This document shows, piece after piece, positions 28,753-38,239 of a stretch of DNA of 64,000 nt. Under the pieces are notes generated by a model. That model searched no databases and was not told the DNA's origin. It was given only the letters and a program-made list of their open reading frames with translations. The DNA is from an uncultured archaeon (GTDB taxonomy: Archaea > Iainarchaeota > Iainarchaeia > Iainarchaeales > 1-14-0-10-31-34): positions 53,041-117,040 of the forward strand of contig CAZSOZ010000003.1 of assembly GCA_964608675.1 (NCBI GenBank), given 5' to 3'. Position numbers and translations under genes: made by a program. Position 1 is the first letter of the stretch. Every line of letters begins with the position of its first letter.

Positions 28753-30242
28753 TTTTTCACTTTTGTGTTTCCTGAAAAAACAGATTTTCCAAGGTGTTTA
28801 ATTAATTCTTTTCCGCCTTTAAAAATTCGTATTCCTTCTTTTGGATTTTTTGCAATTTGTTTCAGCATTTTCAGCCAGTATTTTGGGTTTTTCGCATAAA
28901 ATTCTATTCTTGCTTTATTGCACCATTTAACTAGTTCTTCTGCGCTTAATTCAGGCCTTGAAACAACAGTATTATGCAGTCCTTCTTCTGTAATCCATTT
29001 AGAAAAATCTTCTGTTGAAATAAAACCTTGTTTTTTTGCCCATGAATATGCATGTGTTCCTGGATAAACCATTAAAGGATAAAATTGAGCAGTGTTTGGA
29101 TTAAGGTATTTTGCAAATTCAATTGTTGCTTTCATGGTTTCAGGAGTATCATGAGGCAAACCTAAAATAAAGCATCCGTTTACAAGAATTCCTGCTTTGT
29201 CTGCTCTGTCTTTGAATTCAACCTGCATGCTTTTTGTTTGGCCTTTCAGAATGCTGTTTAAGACTTTTTGGTTTGGGGTTTCAAATCCCACGCACACTAA
29301 TCTGCAACCTGCTTCCTTCATTTTTTTGAGAGTTTCAAAATCAGTGTTAACTCTTGCATTAGTGCTCCAAACTAAATTTATTTTGTTTTTAATTATTGCG
29401 TTGCATAACTGAATTGTTCTTTGCTTGTCTGCTGCAAAAGTGTCGTCTTCAAACATTAATTCATTCAAAAAAGGCATGTTTTTCTGGATAAACTTCAGTT
29501 CTTCAATTACATTTTCAATACTTCTTGCCCTGTAAGATTTTTTCATTGGAATATTGCAGAAACTGCATGAATTAGGGCATCCTCTTGCTGTAAGAATTTG
29601 AATTTCAGGCCAGTTAATTGAAGCATAAAAGTATTCTTTAATCAGTTTTTCTCCGAAATGCCTTAAATAAATTTCAGAAACAAAAGGAAGATCATCTAAA
29701 TTTTCAACAAGCTTCCCTTGTCCATTATGTATAAATTTTCCTTTTTTTTTGAATGCAATTCCTTGAATTCTTTCAATGCTTTTTTTTTCATTTAATGCTT
29801 CTGCAAGAAAAACAACTGTATTATCAAATTCTCCAATACAGATTGAATCAATTGCGTTGCTTTGATTTAATGTCCATTCAGGAAGATTGCTTACATGTGT
29901 GTTTACCATTGTTATATGGCTGTCCGGAAGCACTTCTTTTATTTTTTCTGCAATTTTTATGTCATTAAAAATGCTTGGAGTGCTTGTATCAATTACAATT
30001 AAATCAAATTTTTCTTTTTTTGCGTAATCAACTGTTTCTTTTTTAGTCCATTTTCTTGCAACTGCGTCAATTAATTTTGGGGCAAACCCTTTTTTTTCAA
30101 GTGCTCCTGTTGCGTAAGCCAGATAATATGGATAATATAGTGTTCTGCTTTTTGTTACACACGGCGACCTGCTTTGCCTTGAATAATATTTTTTGAACGG
30201 CGGATTCAACATTAAAATTTTAAATTCAGATTTTTTTTTCAT
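28749..30242 (-). CDS. Radical SAM protein with B12-binding-like N-terminal domain (HpnJ-like)
   Basis: TARGCPNSCSFC, FEDDTF, CVGFE, GCFILGLP, YPGT; N-terminal LNPP...SRSP...YYPYYLAY, DTSTPS. Confidence 0.85.
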   Translation of the reverse strand: MKKKSEFKILMLNPPFKKYYSRQSRSPCVTKSRTLYYPYYLAYATGALEKKGFAPKLIDAVARKWTKKETVDYAKKEKFDLIVIDTSTPSIFNDIKIAEKIKEVLPDSHITMVNTHVSNLPEWTLNQSNAIDSICIGEFDNTVVFLAEALNEKKSIERIQGIAFKKKGKFIHNGQGKLVENLDDLPFVSEIYLRHFGEKLIKEYFYASINWPEIQILTARGCPNSCSFCNIPMKKSYRARSIENVIEELKFIQKNMPFLNELMFEDDTFAADKQRTIQLCNAIIKNKINLVWSTNARVNTDFETLKKMKEAGCRLVCVGFETPNQKVLNSILKGQTKSMQVEFKDRADKAGILVNGCFILGLPHDTPETMKATIEFAKYLNPNTAQFYPLMVYPGTHAYSWAKKQGFISTEDFSKWITEEGLHNTVVSRPELSAEELVKWCNKARIEFYAKNPKYWLKMLKQIAKNPKEGIRIFKGGKELIKHLGKSVFSGNTKVKK

Positions 30243-30253
30243 TTTTTTTCACC

Positions 30254-31132
30254 TTAAATTAATAGCCTGCCAAATTTAATGCTTGCATATAATCTCATTA
30301 ATTTAACTGCAAGCACATAACTTATTCCTCCTAAAAAAATAATTATTGAATGAATTAAACTTTTGTTTTCCATAAAAATAATTCCTCTTGGAGAACTTAA
30401 ATTCATTTTTCCTTTTTTATGCCATAAGCCTGTCGCTGCCTTAAAATCATTTAATGGGTTGACAATAAAACCGAATTTGATGTCTAAAAACTTTTTTGTT
30501 CTTTCAGGATTCTTTTTATACAATAAAACATCATTTTTGTGGTTTTTAATTCTCTTCCATGAATGCCTTAAAAATTCAATGAAATTTTTTGGTTTTTCCA
30601 TTTTGTGGTCATGAAAATATTTTGCGTTAACCTGCTTTACTTCAAATCCTTCATCTAAAATTCTGAAAACTAAATCAGTGTCTTCTCTGTAATAAAAGTA
30701 GTCTTCGTCATATAATCCTGTTTTTTTTAATGCTTTTTTACTGAAGCCAGTGGATGTGCCTCCATGCAAGGAATACCCTGAAACCATTCCAGTTTTCTCT
30801 GAATTAAATCCTTGCATCATGTCTTTCAGCCAGTTTTTTTCCGGAATGCAGTCGTCATCCATTATTATAATGTAATCGTTTTTTGCTTTTTTTATTCCCT
30901 GATTTCTTGCTTTGCATGGTCCTTTTTCTTTTTCATTGTTAATTATTATTACTTTTTTTTGATTTTCAAATTTTTCGAGAACTTTTTTTGTTTTGTCTCT
31001 GCTTCCATCATTTACTACAATTATTTCGTATGCGTTTTCAGGATAATTTAATTCAAGCATTCCTTGAATTGTTTTTCCAATTACTTCCTGCCTGTTAAAA
31101 GTCAGAATCACTATGCTGGCTTTTTTTACCAT
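30254..31132 (-). CDS. Glycosyltransferase family 2
   Basis: SIVILTFNR, VVNDGSRD, ARNQG, MDDDC, YREDTDL. Confidence 0.88.
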   Translation of the reverse strand: MVKKASIVILTFNRQEVIGKTIQGMLELNYPENAYEIIVVNDGSRDKTKKVLEKFENQKKVIIINNEKEKGPCKARNQGIKKAKNDYIIIMDDDCIPEKNWLKDMMQGFNSEKTGMVSGYSLHGGTSTGFSKKALKKTGLYDEDYFYYREDTDLVFRILDEGFEVKQVNAKYFHDHKMEKPKNFIEFLRHSWKRIKNHKNDVLLYKKNPERTKKFLDIKFGFIVNPLNDFKAATGLWHKKGKMNLSSPRGIIFMENKSLIHSIIIFLGGISYVLAVKLMRLYASIKFGRLLI

Positions 31133-32514
31133 TCAATCCCGCCTTTTGTCCAGAAATCTTTTTTGCTTAATTCCAGTCTTTCATGTTCAAATAATTCAAA
31201 TAATTCTTCTTTTTCTGTTATTTTTTTTGTTATTGAAACCATTTTTTTTGAAACATTTCTTCCATATAATTTTTTTCTTTCCTTCATTTTTTTGTTTAAG
31301 TTCTTGTTTTCCATTACTTCTCTGATTATCTTCAATGCAATTTCTTTTTTGATTGGCGGGGCAATTAAATTGCTTCCTTCAAATACTGCTTCTGGTCTGT
31401 CAGAATTAAATCTTAAAACTATTCCTGGAATTCCTAATGAATTTGTTTCTTCCTGAATTGAACCTGAATCTGTTGCAACTGCAGTGCATTTTTGCATTGC
31501 TGCAATTACATCAGTGTATTGAGGCCATACACTGGAATAAATAAAATTTTTGTATTTTTTTGTGAGTTTTTCAGTTTTGTTTTTTAATCCGTATTCTTGT
31601 AATGCTTTTTCTGTTGCTCCCAAAGAAATAAATAAAACATTTTTTTCTTCTTTGATTAATTCAATCATTGAATCATACAAAACTTTAAACCTGTGTTTTG
31701 ATGAAATATTTTCTCTTCTATGAATGCAGAACCTGACTAAATTGCCTTCTTCCAATACAGGGTATTTTTCAAAAATTGAACTTTCTTTTATTCTTTTTTC
31801 TGCAAATTCCAGTGCATCAACAACCGGATTTCCTACAGTAAAAATCCTGTTTTTTTCGTATCCTTCGTTTTCGAGGTGTTCAGCATTTAATTCGGTTGGA
31901 GCAAAATGGATTCCTGCACTTGGAGCGCTTCCCCGGGTATCAAATTGTTCAGGATAAGGTTCATAGGAACCTTTAGTCCAGCCTTCAGGGTTCATCGCTT
32001 TTTCATAGTATTTTTCTGTTTCAAATTCATTCATTAAATAATCAAATATTTTTTTGGATGGAGTCATTGTCCTTAATCCTGCTTCAACATGTGCTACTCC
32101 GTTTTTTAATGCAAAGCATGCAATTCCTCCTGCTAAAGCAGTTGTTGTGTCTCCGTAAGTGTATGGAATAACTTTTTTTCCTATTTTTTCCAAGACTATT
32201 CCTAAACGGTTTATTATCTGGCTTTGCTGTTCAAACAATTTTCCTTTTACATTTAAATTAATATCAGGATTAATTCCAAATTCTTGTTCCATTCCTTTTG
32301 ATAAATTCCATGAATGATGCTGTCCTGAATGAACAACCAAAACAAACTCGTTTTCTTTTTTTAATTCCAAAATTAATGGAGCTTGTTTGATTATATCAGG
32401 TTTTGTTGCTATTAACACTAAATGAACGGGATTTTTTTCGTTTTTTATTTCTTCAAAAAGCCTTTTTCTTACTGTTATTTCGCCTTTTTCTTCTAACAAA
32501 ATTTTTTCATTCAT
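31126..32514 (-). CDS. UDP-N-acetylglucosamine 2-epimerase family (WecB/WbpI-like)
   Basis: ATKPDIIKQAP, HSGQH, GDTTT, HVEAGLRT, VGNPVVD, HRREN, TDSGSIQEE, RPE. Confidence 0.88.
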   Translation of the reverse strand: MNEKILLEEKGEITVRKRLFEEIKNEKNPVHLVLIATKPDIIKQAPLILELKKENEFVLVVHSGQHHSWNLSKGMEQEFGINPDINLNVKGKLFEQQSQIINRLGIVLEKIGKKVIPYTYGDTTTALAGGIACFALKNGVAHVEAGLRTMTPSKKIFDYLMNEFETEKYYEKAMNPEGWTKGSYEPYPEQFDTRGSAPSAGIHFAPTELNAEHLENEGYEKNRIFTVGNPVVDALEFAEKRIKESSIFEKYPVLEEGNLVRFCIHRRENISSKHRFKVLYDSMIELIKEEKNVLFISLGATEKALQEYGLKNKTEKLTKKYKNFIYSSVWPQYTDVIAAMQKCTAVATDSGSIQEETNSLGIPGIVLRFNSDRPEAVFEGSNLIAPPIKKEIALKIIREVMENKNLNKKMKERKKLYGRNVSKKMVSITKKITEKEELFELFEHERLELSKKDFWTKGGIEW

Positions 32515-32601
32515 AAAAAACCATTTTTAAAAAATCAGTTAATATTTCTATTTTAAATTCTCTTTTTTAATATAATTGATTTTGCTTTAATAAAGGGTTT
32601 T

Positions 32602-32610
32602 TTGGTACAA
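32602..32610 (-). promoter_or_regulatory. TTGTACCAA motif, copy 3 (upstream of the wecB-like operon)
   Basis: Minus strand TTTTGTACCAAAAAACCC followed by TTTATTAA; intergenic. Confidence 0.68.
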
Positions 32611-32619
32611 AAGTCAGTT

Positions 32620-33645
32620 TTAAAAAAGATTTAATTTTTTTATTTCTTTTTGGTTTTCTTTAATCCAGTCAGCCACAATTTTAATTCCTTTTTTTGAATC
32701 AGTTTCCGGAACCCATCCAAAAACTTTTTTTGCTTTTGAAATATCTGAAACAAAAACTTTTTGGTCGCCTGGTCTTTCCTTACTAAAAGAATAATTGATT
32801 TTTTTTTCTAAGATTTCTTCTATTAAAGAAATCGCTTCAAGCAGAGAAACAGTGTTTTTTGGCCCTCCGCCTATATTGAATACTTTGCCTTTTGTTTTCT
32901 TTATTTTTTTTTCTGCAAGATAATATGCTTTGCTTAAATCTTCGACATACAATACGTCCCTTACTTGTTTTCCGTTTCCATAAACAGTTAATTTTTTGCC
33001 TAAAAGAACTGCAATAATAAACCATGCAATCCATCCTTGATCTTCTATTCCAAATTGTCTTTTGCCGTAAATACAGCTTTGCCTGAACACAACTGAATTC
33101 AAGCCGTAAATCCTTGAATAATCTCTTGTGTATTGGTCTGCTGAACCTTTACTGCATCCATAAGGAGAAAAAAAATCCAGACAAGTTTCTTCATTTATTC
33201 CTTTAATGTTTTTGTATTCAAATCTTGTTTTTTTTTTTATTAAACGAATTTGTTCAAGTTTTCCGTATACTTTGTTTGTTGAAGAAAAAATTAATACAGG
33301 GTTGTTTTTATTTTTTCTGACTGCTTCCAGAACATTTAAAGTGCCTTTTGCATTAATTTCAAAATCTTTTTTTGGGTTTTTTATTGATTGAGTTACTGCT
33401 GTTTGACCAGCTAAATGATAAACTGCTTCTGCTTGGCTTAAATTTTTTTCCAATGCTTTATTTCTGCTTATATCACATTTAATTATTTTAAGTTTTTTTG
33501 AATACTTTTTTTCCAGGTATTTTTTGTTTTCTTTTGTTCCTTTTCTTGAAAAATCATCAAGTATCAAAATTTCTTCGTTTTTTTTAAGAAAGTATTCAGC
33601 TAAATTTGTTCCAATAAATCCTGCTCCTCCTGTTATTACTTTCAT
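32620..33645 (-). CDS. CDP-paratose 2-epimerase (tyvelose epimerase)-like SDR
   Basis: HLAGQTAVT, DFEINAKGTLNVLEA, SSTNKVYG, SPYGCSKGSADQY, FRQSCIYG, EDQGWIAWF, RPGDQ. Confidence 0.85.
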   Translation of the reverse strand: MKVITGGAGFIGTNLAEYFLKKNEEILILDDFSRKGTKENKKYLEKKYSKKLKIIKCDISRNKALEKNLSQAEAVYHLAGQTAVTQSIKNPKKDFEINAKGTLNVLEAVRKNKNNPVLIFSSTNKVYGKLEQIRLIKKKTRFEYKNIKGINEETCLDFFSPYGCSKGSADQYTRDYSRIYGLNSVVFRQSCIYGKRQFGIEDQGWIAWFIIAVLLGKKLTVYGNGKQVRDVLYVEDLSKAYYLAEKKIKKTKGKVFNIGGGPKNTVSLLEAISLIEEILEKKINYSFSKERPGDQKVFVSDISKAKKVFGWVPETDSKKGIKIVADWIKENQKEIKKLNLF

Positions 33646-33719
33646 TTTTAATCAAAAAAGATTGTTTTTCCAACTCTTTTTAAATAAATTGTTTTCTTGA
33701 TTATTTAAAGGTAATTAAA

Positions 33720-34634
33720 TTGGGCAGAATTTCTTTGTATGCATTTCATTTATTTTTGTTTTCTTTTGTTCTGCATTTTATTGGATTAATTAATCTTTAT
33801 TTTAATCCTTTTGTTTTCAATGAATTTTTTTTTTATGGTTTGCTTCTTGATTTAATTTTTGTTTTTGCAGTTTTTTTTGATTTAGGGATTCCTATTCTAT
33901 TTTTTACTGAAAATAATAAATTCAAGTTCAATCCAATAAATCTTCAAGTTTCTGTAGGAATGACTGCATACAATGACGAAAAAGCAATTGGTCCTTCAGT
34001 AAAACAGTTCAAAGAATTAAAGGAAGTTGTTTCTGTTGTTGTTGTAGACAATAACTGCATTGATAATACGGCTTTGGAGGCAAAAAAAGCAGGCGCTCAA
34101 GTGGTAAAGGAACCAGTTCAGGGTTATGGTTCTGCCTGCATGCGTGCATTAAAGGAAGCAAGAAAAACAGGAAACTTAATTTGTTTAGTTGAAGGCGACA
34201 TGACTTTTTCTGCTTCAGATTTAAAGAAATTAACTGCTTATATTGAAAACGCAGACATGGTTTTAGGTACAAGAACTACAGCAGAAATAATTGATTCTGA
34301 TTCTCAAGTCACTTGGTTCATGCGTTATGGAAACTTGTTTATAGCAAAACTTCTTCAACTGCGTTTTTGGGCAAAAGTAAGATTAACTGATGTAGGTTGC
34401 ACATATAGAATAATCAGACCTGAAGCTTTAAATAAAATAATTGACAAGCTTTACGTTAAAGGTCATTATTTTTCTCCTCATATGATTTTAATTGCATTAG
34501 AAAACGATTTGAAGGTAATTGAGGTTCCTGTTACCTTGAAGAAAAGAGTAGGGGAAAGCAAGGGAGTTGGAGATGACACCGTAAAGGGTCTGATTACAGG
34601 ATTTAAAATGTGGTGGATGATTTTAACTCAGTAA
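33720..34634 (+). CDS. Polyprenol-phosphate glycosyltransferase-like GT2 with N-terminal TMs
   Basis: TAYND, VVDNNCID, QGYGSA, EGDMTF, DMVLGTR, TDVGCTYR, RVGESK. Confidence 0.82.
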   Translation: MGRISLYAFHLFLFSFVLHFIGLINLYFNPFVFNEFFFYGLLLDLIFVFAVFFDLGIPILFFTENNKFKFNPINLQVSVGMTAYNDEKAIGPSVKQFKELKEVVSVVVVDNNCIDNTALEAKKAGAQVVKEPVQGYGSACMRALKEARKTGNLICLVEGDMTFSASDLKKLTAYIENADMVLGTRTTAEIIDSDSQVTWFMRYGNLFIAKLLQLRFWAKVRLTDVGCTYRIIRPEALNKIIDKLYVKGHYFSPHMILIALENDLKVIEVPVTLKKRVGESKGVGDDTVKGLITGFKMWWMILTQ

Positions 34635-36339
34635 TTTTTTTTAATATAATCAAAAAAACAATAATTGAAATAATGCTTATTGTGATTCCAATCCAGTCAA
34701 TCAAGGTTTTTTCGTATTTTAATTCAATTAATCCTTTTTTTGTGTTCAGTATTTTTATTCCGGGTTTGTTGTCTTCTAATTCAAGTTTTTTTTCTTTTTG
34801 GTATGCATTCCATCTAGGAAAAAAACTTTGTTTTAATAAAACATTTCCTCCAAATGATTCAATTAAAATTTTTTCATTTGAAAATTTAATTATTTTTCCA
34901 TTTTCAATCAAAGAAGAAAATTCTTCGTAAACATAAAGTTTTGGAAAAGTTTTTTTTCCTGCAGTTTGGGTTAACCCGCATTTTTTTATGTATTCTTCTG
35001 CATTTTCATCTAATATGATCCAGTAATTAACTGCAGTTTTTTGGATTCCTTCAATGAATTCATTGCATTCAAGTTCCATTGAAATCATTTTTTCTCCTGT
35101 TTTATGGCTTTCTTTTAAAGTATAAGCATTATACCCCCATCCGTTTAATGAAAGTTTTTTTTGTTTGACTGCAATAAAAGAATGAATCACAGGATTGTAT
35201 GGAAGCAATTCATACCTTGAATTATTAGGAATTTTCTCAGCCAGTCCGCTGATTTCATTTATTTTGTATTCTTTCAGCCTTGGTTCTTCAAATAAATACT
35301 GTCTTTCCACAACAGGAAAAAATAAAATTACTGCAGACAAAAAAATTGCGGTTAATGCAATTAAATGATTTTTTTTAATTAAATTTTCTTTTATCATTGC
35401 AAGAAAAGCAAGCAAAATTACAAAAATAAAAAAAGCATGATATGAATGTGCAAAAGGTTTTTCTATTATGGGAACCAAAGGAAAAACCAGTGAAATAACT
35501 GAAAGCAGAAAACTTCCTGTTAAAAGCCTGTTAATTTTTGAATATTTTTGCTTTAATTTTCTAAACAAAAACAAAGATACAACTAATGCAATTGCAAGAA
35601 AAATCCCTGATGCAAGAATTCCAGTTGAATTTAAAAGCATGCCTTTTTGTTCTTGAACAACACTTAAATTTAAAAAAGAAAAAAATGGAATTAACCAAAA
35701 AGAAACAATTCCTGCACTAATCAATCCAGTCAATAAAAGTTTTTTTAATTCGTTTTTTGATTCAATTAAAAAAACAAAACTTAATCCAACAAAAATTAAT
35801 GCACCTAAATGAGACAAAGCAGTAAGGCAGACAAACAATATACTTAAAAAAAAGTATTTTTTTGAAAATTTTTTTTCTTTTAAAAAACTGTAAAATGAAG
35901 CAAAAGCCATAACAAAAAAGAGCCATGCAGTGAATTCATAAAATCTGTTAAAAAACTTGAATAAAATTGGATTAAAAACAAAAAGTATTCCTGAAAGAAA
36001 AGAAAATCTTTTGCTGAACCCAAATTGTTTTCCTAAAAAAATAAAAGCAAAAGGAAAAACCAGCCTTATAATTAGAATAGAAACAGTTAAAGGAAGAGTA
36101 AAGCTTCCAATTCCAAGGAATTTAATAAGGAGGGGAAGCAGTCCAGGCAGAATTAAATCGTATGTTCCTACAGGAATCCCCAAATGCTGTTCTTGAAGCC
36201 AGTTTTCAGAAAAAGAATTATATCTTAATGCATAGCCCGCATAATCAAAGCCTAAATCATCAAAAAAAAATTGAGTGGAAACAACAATCATTAAAACATA
36301 CAATAAAATAATTCCTGCATCAAAAATTTTTTTTTGCAT
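34603..36339 (-). CDS. Polytopic membrane protein, GT-C/YfhO-like glycosyltransferase candidate
   Basis: About 11 TMs, acidic first loop (DDLGFD), large external domain, SFFPRW motif then terminal TM. Confidence 0.65.
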   Translation of the reverse strand: MQKKIFDAGIILLYVLMIVVSTQFFFDDLGFDYAGYALRYNSFSENWLQEQHLGIPVGTYDLILPGLLPLLIKFLGIGSFTLPLTVSILIIRLVFPFAFIFLGKQFGFSKRFSFLSGILFVFNPILFKFFNRFYEFTAWLFFVMAFASFYSFLKEKKFSKKYFFLSILFVCLTALSHLGALIFVGLSFVFLIESKNELKKLLLTGLISAGIVSFWLIPFFSFLNLSVVQEQKGMLLNSTGILASGIFLAIALVVSLFLFRKLKQKYSKINRLLTGSFLLSVISLVFPLVPIIEKPFAHSYHAFFIFVILLAFLAMIKENLIKKNHLIALTAIFLSAVILFFPVVERQYLFEEPRLKEYKINEISGLAEKIPNNSRYELLPYNPVIHSFIAVKQKKLSLNGWGYNAYTLKESHKTGEKMISMELECNEFIEGIQKTAVNYWIILDENAEEYIKKCGLTQTAGKKTFPKLYVYEEFSSLIENGKIIKFSNEKILIESFGGNVLLKQSFFPRWNAYQKEKKLELEDNKPGIKILNTKKGLIELKYEKTLIDWIGITISIISIIVFLIILKKITELKSSTTF

Positions 36340-37325
36340 TATTTTCCTCTGATTTTGTTTTTAATTTCAATAAAATTTATTTTTGAAATATTTTTAAATG
36401 AAATATTAAGTTTTTTAACTGAAATAATTCCAAAAACAATAATAACTATAGTTTGAATTAAATGAATTATTACTGCAAGAGAAACAGCTGAATTCTGATT
36501 TAATCCAAACGCCATAAAAAAAATAATGAATCCTGCTTCAAATGTTCCCAGATAGCTCGGCGCACTAGGAATCATTACTGCAAAACCTGTAATTACAATT
36601 AACAAAAAAACCTGAAATAAACTCAATGGAATTCCTATTGCTGAAGCAGAAAAATAAAAAACCATGCTTTCAGTAAGCCAGACTAAAGATGAATAAAAAA
36701 TTATTAAAATAAAATTTTTTTCTGCGCGGAAAATTTTTCCTGCTTCTTTCATTTCATAAAAAACATATTTTATTTTGTCTTTAAGAGAAGGAAAAATTTT
36801 GGCTGTAATTCTTCCAAGAAACCTGAATTTATCGGGCTTAAAAAAGAAAAAGAATGCAAGCAAAAAAAGCAGCGCAGGCACTATTATGATTGACTTGAAT
36901 TCTTTGGGAATTTCAATAAAAAATAATGAGACTGCAAAGAAACCAAATAAAGTCAGTCCGTCAATTATTCTGTCAACCATTACTGTAGAAAAACTTTTTA
37001 TTTTTCCAATGCTTTTTTTCTTTGATAAAATGTATGCTCTTGCAATTTCTCCTGCTCTTGCAGGAAGCAATGCATTAACAAAAAATCCAGTGTTTGTAAT
37101 AAAAAAAGATTCTTTAAATGAAATTTTAGTTAAAGGCCGGACAACATATTTCCATCTTAATCCTCTGAATACAAAAACAAGAGAGTATAATAAAATTAAA
37201 AACAAAAAATTTTGCAGCCCGATTTTACTTATTTCTTTTAAAACCTGATTTAAATCTATAACTGAAAAAATTAATGCAATTAAAATCAGGCTAAACAGAT
37301 AAGAAAAAATTATTTCTTTTTTCAT
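36339..37325 (-). CDS. Lysylphosphatidylglycerol synthase TM / flippase-like (UPF0104) membrane protein
   Basis: RGLRW, NALLPARAGEIARA, DRIID, PSAPSYLGTFEA. Confidence 0.85.
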   Translation of the reverse strand: MKKEIIFSYLFSLILIALIFSVIDLNQVLKEISKIGLQNFLFLILLYSLVFVFRGLRWKYVVRPLTKISFKESFFITNTGFFVNALLPARAGEIARAYILSKKKSIGKIKSFSTVMVDRIIDGLTLFGFFAVSLFFIEIPKEFKSIIIVPALLFLLAFFFFFKPDKFRFLGRITAKIFPSLKDKIKYVFYEMKEAGKIFRAEKNFILIIFYSSLVWLTESMVFYFSASAIGIPLSLFQVFLLIVITGFAVMIPSAPSYLGTFEAGFIIFFMAFGLNQNSAVSLAVIIHLIQTIVIIVFGIISVKKLNISFKNISKINFIEIKNKIRGK

Positions 37326-37331
37326 TTTTTT

Positions 37332-37796
37332 TCATCCTTCCAAAAAAAATTTAATTTCCTTTATTATTTCAGTGTTATTTTGTTTTACTTCAACAAAATT
37401 TCTTGCTTTTTTTATTGCATTTCCTAAATTTTTCACAGTTTTTTCCATTACAGCTTTGTTTTCTTTTTCTAATGCTTTAGCCAAATCAATTTGATGGTTG
37501 TTAACGTGTTCTTTGAATTTTTTTTCTCTAGGCACAATCACAATAGGCTTTCTGTTTTTTAATGAATTAATTATTGAACCTGCGCCTCCATGAGTTATTA
37601 CAAGACTGCTTTCTTTTATTTTTTTTTCCATTTCTTGTGGAAAAAAAAATTTTTTCCATTTACAGTTTTTTGGTTTTATTTTAGAGTTTCCTGTTTGAAT
37701 CAAAAAATTTTCTTCAAAACTTTCTGCCAGTTTATCTATTGCTTTAATTAACCTGTCAAATCCCTGATTATGTGTTCCTGTTAAAACTAAAATCAA
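37332..37796 (-). CDS. Alg13/PssE-like glycosyltransferase subunit (GT28 C-terminal domain)
   Basis: ILVLTGTHNQGFDRL, IQTG, ITHGGAGSI, VPR...EHVNNHQ. Confidence 0.88.
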   Translation of the reverse strand: MILVLTGTHNQGFDRLIKAIDKLAESFEENFLIQTGNSKIKPKNCKWKKFFFPQEMEKKIKESSLVITHGGAGSIINSLKNRKPIVIVPREKKFKEHVNNHQIDLAKALEKENKAVMEKTVKNLGNAIKKARNFVEVKQNNTEIIKEIKFFLEG

Positions 37797-38239
37797 AAAA
37801 CCGCCCCTTTAAATTTTGCTTTGGGATAAAACTTTAAGTTTTCTTTCCATTGAACTAAAAACAAGTCAGCAAACTTGTATGCAATTTTTCCTGAAAAAGA
37901 AGGTTTTTTTATTCTGCAAAAGCTTTCAATAAAAACAGTTTTTTTTCCCATTAATTTTGCAATAAATAATGCAGGCAAAGCTATTCCTGCTCCGGTTGAA
38001 ATAATTGCATCAGGTTTTTCTTTTAATAAAATTTTAAGGCTTTGAAAAAAATTCCATGCAAACTTGAACGGATTCCTTTTAGGGTCAACTACAAAATAAA
38101 CTTTGTTTTTTTCTGCTAATTCAATTGAATCAAATCTTTTAAAAGTAATAAAAAAATGTTCATGTTTTTTGTAGTATTCTTCAATCTGCTTTATTTCAGT
38201 TAAATGTCCTCCTGCAGAACACGCAATGCACAACTTCAT
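37793..38239 (-). CDS. Alg14/PssD(CpsF)-like glycosyltransferase subunit
   Basis: CSAGGHLTE, PDAIISTGAG, FIESFCR, PSFSGK, FLVQW. Confidence 0.88.
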   Translation of the reverse strand: MKLCIACSAGGHLTEIKQIEEYYKKHEHFFITFKRFDSIELAEKNKVYFVVDPKRNPFKFAWNFFQSLKILLKEKPDAIISTGAGIALPALFIAKLMGKKTVFIESFCRIKKPSFSGKIAYKFADLFLVQWKENLKFYPKAKFKGAVF

